The notes under the pieces are model-generated. The model ran no database searches and was not told where the DNA came from. It was given only the letters and a program-made list of their open reading frames with translations. Of a stretch of DNA of 64,000 nt, positions 61,327 through 64,000 are shown piece by piece (the first letter of the stretch is position 1; every line of letters starts with the position of its first letter). This DNA is from Methanobacteriota archaeon (GTDB lineage Archaea > Halobacteriota > Bog-38 > Methanoflorentales > Methanoflorentaceae). The stretch is from NCBI GenBank assembly GCA_963720465.1, contig OY970393.1:64001-128000 (forward strand), written 5' to 3'. The position numbers and the translations under genes were made by a program.

Positions 61327-62730
61327 CTATGACAGCTGTTGTCCGACCAATTTGTTCAGATTTTTCAAAAACTCTGCTTCGGTCCCTTCAGGGATTGTAG
61401 CGCCAGCCGCAATGTCGTGACCGCCCCCGACGCCGCCGACTGAATGGGCGGCTTCACCCATAGCTCGTGCAAGGTTTAAGTGGCGTTCAACGAGACTTTG
61501 GCTTCCCCTGGCGGACACTTTGACTCCATCGTCTGAGTTCGCAAAACCTATAATCGGCAAATGCCTATCTACGCCTTCTAAATTCTTACACATTCCAGCG
61601 ACGATCCCGACGATCGTTTCGAATATGTGGTCGCCTGCGTGGAAATACTGCAAGTTTGAAAGCGTCGTCACGCCTGTTTGCTTGACGTAATTGAGCCCTC
61701 GAGCCAGATTCTCTCTGTGCATCAACAGAAGCTCGTTTGCTTTTCTGTAGCTACCAGCTCGGTCACCTAGACAAACGTCGACCCCGATCTTCTCGAAACT
61801 ATATCGCGCGGTAGCGTTAAGTAGCGTAGCATATTCGGATGCATCCCGAAGTGCAGTCCCAGGTTCTTCTTTTAAGAGGGTGTACACCTCTCCAACCAGG
61901 CTCTGCACCCTTTCAGGGGGCATGCCTTCAGTCAAGCACCTTTGAATGAGGGCAGAAATGATATTGCGCCTTTCGGCGTTGCTAAGATCCACCCATCTCC
62001 TCCATTCGCCCGCTTCTTTGAGCTCAATGTTCAAACTAGCCAAAAGCTCCAGGATTTGCGCACCGTTTCCCGTTATTCCCGGGATAAAAGGGCTGGACGC
62101 ATATTCGAGGAGCTTATGAACGGGTCGCGTTTGTCGGCCAAAAGCCTGCAAATCCTTTTCTGCCCTAACTATCGCGTTTTTTTCGGCCTCGTCGAGTATC
62201 ACCCTGTTTACTCCTCTCAGTCGCCCTTCTCTCACGTGCTGTAGATCGCCGACGGCACCTACAACAGCTAAGTCTGAAAGCTCCACATTGTCTCCGAGAG
62301 CTCTGGCGATCAAATAAGTGGCCCCAGATCCACTCAGGTCGGTAGCGCCGTTATACCCAAAAAGGTGGGGGTTGAGGTGAAACGCCATCTCGGAGCTTCC
62401 TGCTGGTTGGTGATGGTCAGCGACTATGCAGACCGGTCCTAAATCGTCCATTAAATCTAGACTCCCGCTTCCTAAGTCGGTGAACATCACTGCGTCTGCG
62501 CCCGAAACACTCTGCATAACCGGGAGGTCCAGTTTCTTGACGATTTTAATTTCATTGCCGATTTCCATCTTGTTGAGCGCCCGGCAGATTATGCCGGCAG
62601 CAGCAAGACCGTCTGCGTCAACGTGAGAAACGATCGTTATTTCGTCCTGCTTCTTGAGCGCTTCCGCGCATTCTCGTGCACGTTTTAAGAGTTGTTCCAT
62701 CAGAACCCCTACGTTAGGCGAACCGGTCAA
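61327..62730 (-). CDS. RecJ-like DHH/DHHA1 phosphoesterase
   Basis: SHVDADG, TDLG, DHH, GGGHDIAAG. Confidence 0.92.
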   Translation of the reverse strand: MTGSPNVGVLMEQLLKRARECAEALKKQDEITIVSHVDADGLAAAGIICRALNKMEIGNEIKIVKKLDLPVMQSVSGADAVMFTDLGSGSLDLMDDLGPVCIVADHHQPAGSSEMAFHLNPHLFGYNGATDLSGSGATYLIARALGDNVELSDLAVVGAVGDLQHVREGRLRGVNRVILDEAEKNAIVRAEKDLQAFGRQTRPVHKLLEYASSPFIPGITGNGAQILELLASLNIELKEAGEWRRWVDLSNAERRNIISALIQRCLTEGMPPERVQSLVGEVYTLLKEEPGTALRDASEYATLLNATARYSFEKIGVDVCLGDRAGSYRKANELLLMHRENLARGLNYVKQTGVTTLSNLQYFHAGDHIFETIVGIVAGMCKNLEGVDRHLPIIGFANSDDGVKVSARGSQSLVERHLNLARAMGEAAHSVGGVGGGHDIAAGATIPEGTEAEFLKNLNKLVGQQLS

Positions 62731-63046
62731 AACGATGCGAAGCGGCTGAATCTGTCGCCCATTCTGTATTTGCGGGGAAGCCGATATAAAGCTTACCTGA
62801 CTTGCCCCAACGCGGCACGTCTTCCCACAGATCCTGTCGCGATCTCCGTTCGCGTGCCGCGCTTCGCGCTAGATGAGCGAAGCTTGCACTCCAAAGAAAC
62901 TTATGAGGTCGACTCGCTTAACGACTCCGAAACTCTCGGAGATGAAGCGATACGTGGAGCAAAGACGGCATTAGGTGTCATACGACGCCTCCACCAGAAG
63001 ACTAATCAGTAGCGGGCGCCCCTCAGTGCGGGAGATACCGCTGGGC

Positions 63047-63310
63047 CTAAGAAGGATGCTTTTTCCAACGGAACCTCCTTTTTCTCAATGTCAGTCCCCA
63101 GGCTATGCATCCAAGACCAAGAATGATTAATATCGACCCAATGTCACTGGGCGTACTCAATGCGTATGGTAGCAACGCTATAACACACAAGCCAGCACCC
63201 AGCAGCATGAAAAGATGTCCGACGTTGTCGCCTACTTTGAGCAGGTAAATGGCCAAAATTAGTGCCAATAGTGGGAGAGCTAGTAGTGCCACTAGATTCG
63301 CGTTCACCAT
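63047..63310 (-). CDS. small three-TM membrane protein
   Basis: hydrophobic segments with basic C-terminal tail. Confidence 0.6.
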   Translation of the reverse strand: MVNANLVALLALPLLALILAIYLLKVGDNVGHLFMLLGAGLCVIALLPYALSTPSDIGSILIILGLGCIAWGLTLRKRRFRWKKHPS

Positions 63311-63460
63311 ATTTGCCGCTTAACGATTGAAACCGGTCGAACAGGTAGACCTGATTCAACGGTTCTCGTTCTGGACCGATATCGCCTGACTCCTTGTGTC
63401 GGCGTGCCAGCCACTCTTGATGTCTTGGCTGCTCGTGTGTAGCTGCCGGCTATCTCGGGG

Positions 63461-63745
63461 TTATTTCCCTGCTAATTCGTCAACTTCGCGTTTGCCGTGC
63501 TCTAGCTCATCAGCTTGTTCGATATCTACCTGTAAGAGAAGAGTTTGGAACTCGCCAACGTGGGTTTTTTCTTCTTTCGCAACGTCTAGTAGGTTAGCTT
63601 TAATAGCTTCACTTTTAGTCAGAGAAGCCATCTGTTCGTAAAGATTGATTGCATCAAGCTCAGCAATAATGCTAACTCGCAAGATCTCTCTATCAATGTT
63701 TTTTTTGTCAATCTCATCTAGATCTATAGGAATAGTAGATAGCAT
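63461..63745 (-). CDS. ferritin-like (rubrerythrin/encapsulated-ferritin-type) protein
   Basis: IIAELDAINLYEQ, EEKTHVGEF. Confidence 0.85.
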   Translation of the reverse strand: MLSTIPIDLDEIDKKNIDREILRVSIIAELDAINLYEQMASLTKSEAIKANLLDVAKEEKTHVGEFQTLLLQVDIEQADELEHGKREVDELAGK

Positions 63746-64000
63746 GGTCAACCTCGCTCTATATACACAACCGTTAAGGTAAAGCTTTCGGATATGCTCT
63801 TCATCCGCACGGACGAGCCGGTGTGGCAAAAATCATCCGTTGAGCGCAGCCTCTCGATTTGAGGGCGGTAGCAGCATTACGCCGCCTATATCGCAATTAC
63901 CGCAAGGTTTATTTGAAAATGCAGTAATGCTGGTGTCAATGAAACTGTTTAAGGCAGTTCTAATTATCCTCATCATCACGGGTTTGACATTGGCGTCCTC

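Overview
Archaeal methanogen chromosome (Halobacteriota; a Methanocella/Bog-38 'Methanoflorens'-like lineage by inference) with two halves. About 1-27 kb is a mosaic accessory region: redox/oxidative-stress cargo (non-heme haloperoxidase-like hydrolase, glutathione peroxidase, ferritin, rubrerythrin remnant, nitroreductase, ADHs), an ABC exporter, lipoproteins, micro-ORFs and many pseudogenes. About 27-64 kb is core genome: nifB, thermosome, argG, carAB, truA, rfcL, methanogenesis marker 2, mvhGA divergent from fwdGF-hdrCBA-mvhD-fwdA, pdaD, mutY-like, NrpR-domain and RecJ-like genes. The most notable signal is a dispersed set of fragments that together look like a split (SSV1/pTN3-type, attP inside the gene) tyrosine-integrase family targeting tRNA-Val. 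It comprises three homologous small ORFs that run up to tRNA-Val anticodon-arm sequence, a degenerate tRNA-Val 3' half, a scrambled att-like junction and an orphan integrase C-terminal fragment. Two of the copies bracket AT-rich foreign cargo. Several single-base frameshifts in G runs (rfcL, fwdF, ICMT) probably reflect assembly error. All calls are by eye from motifs; no database search was run.
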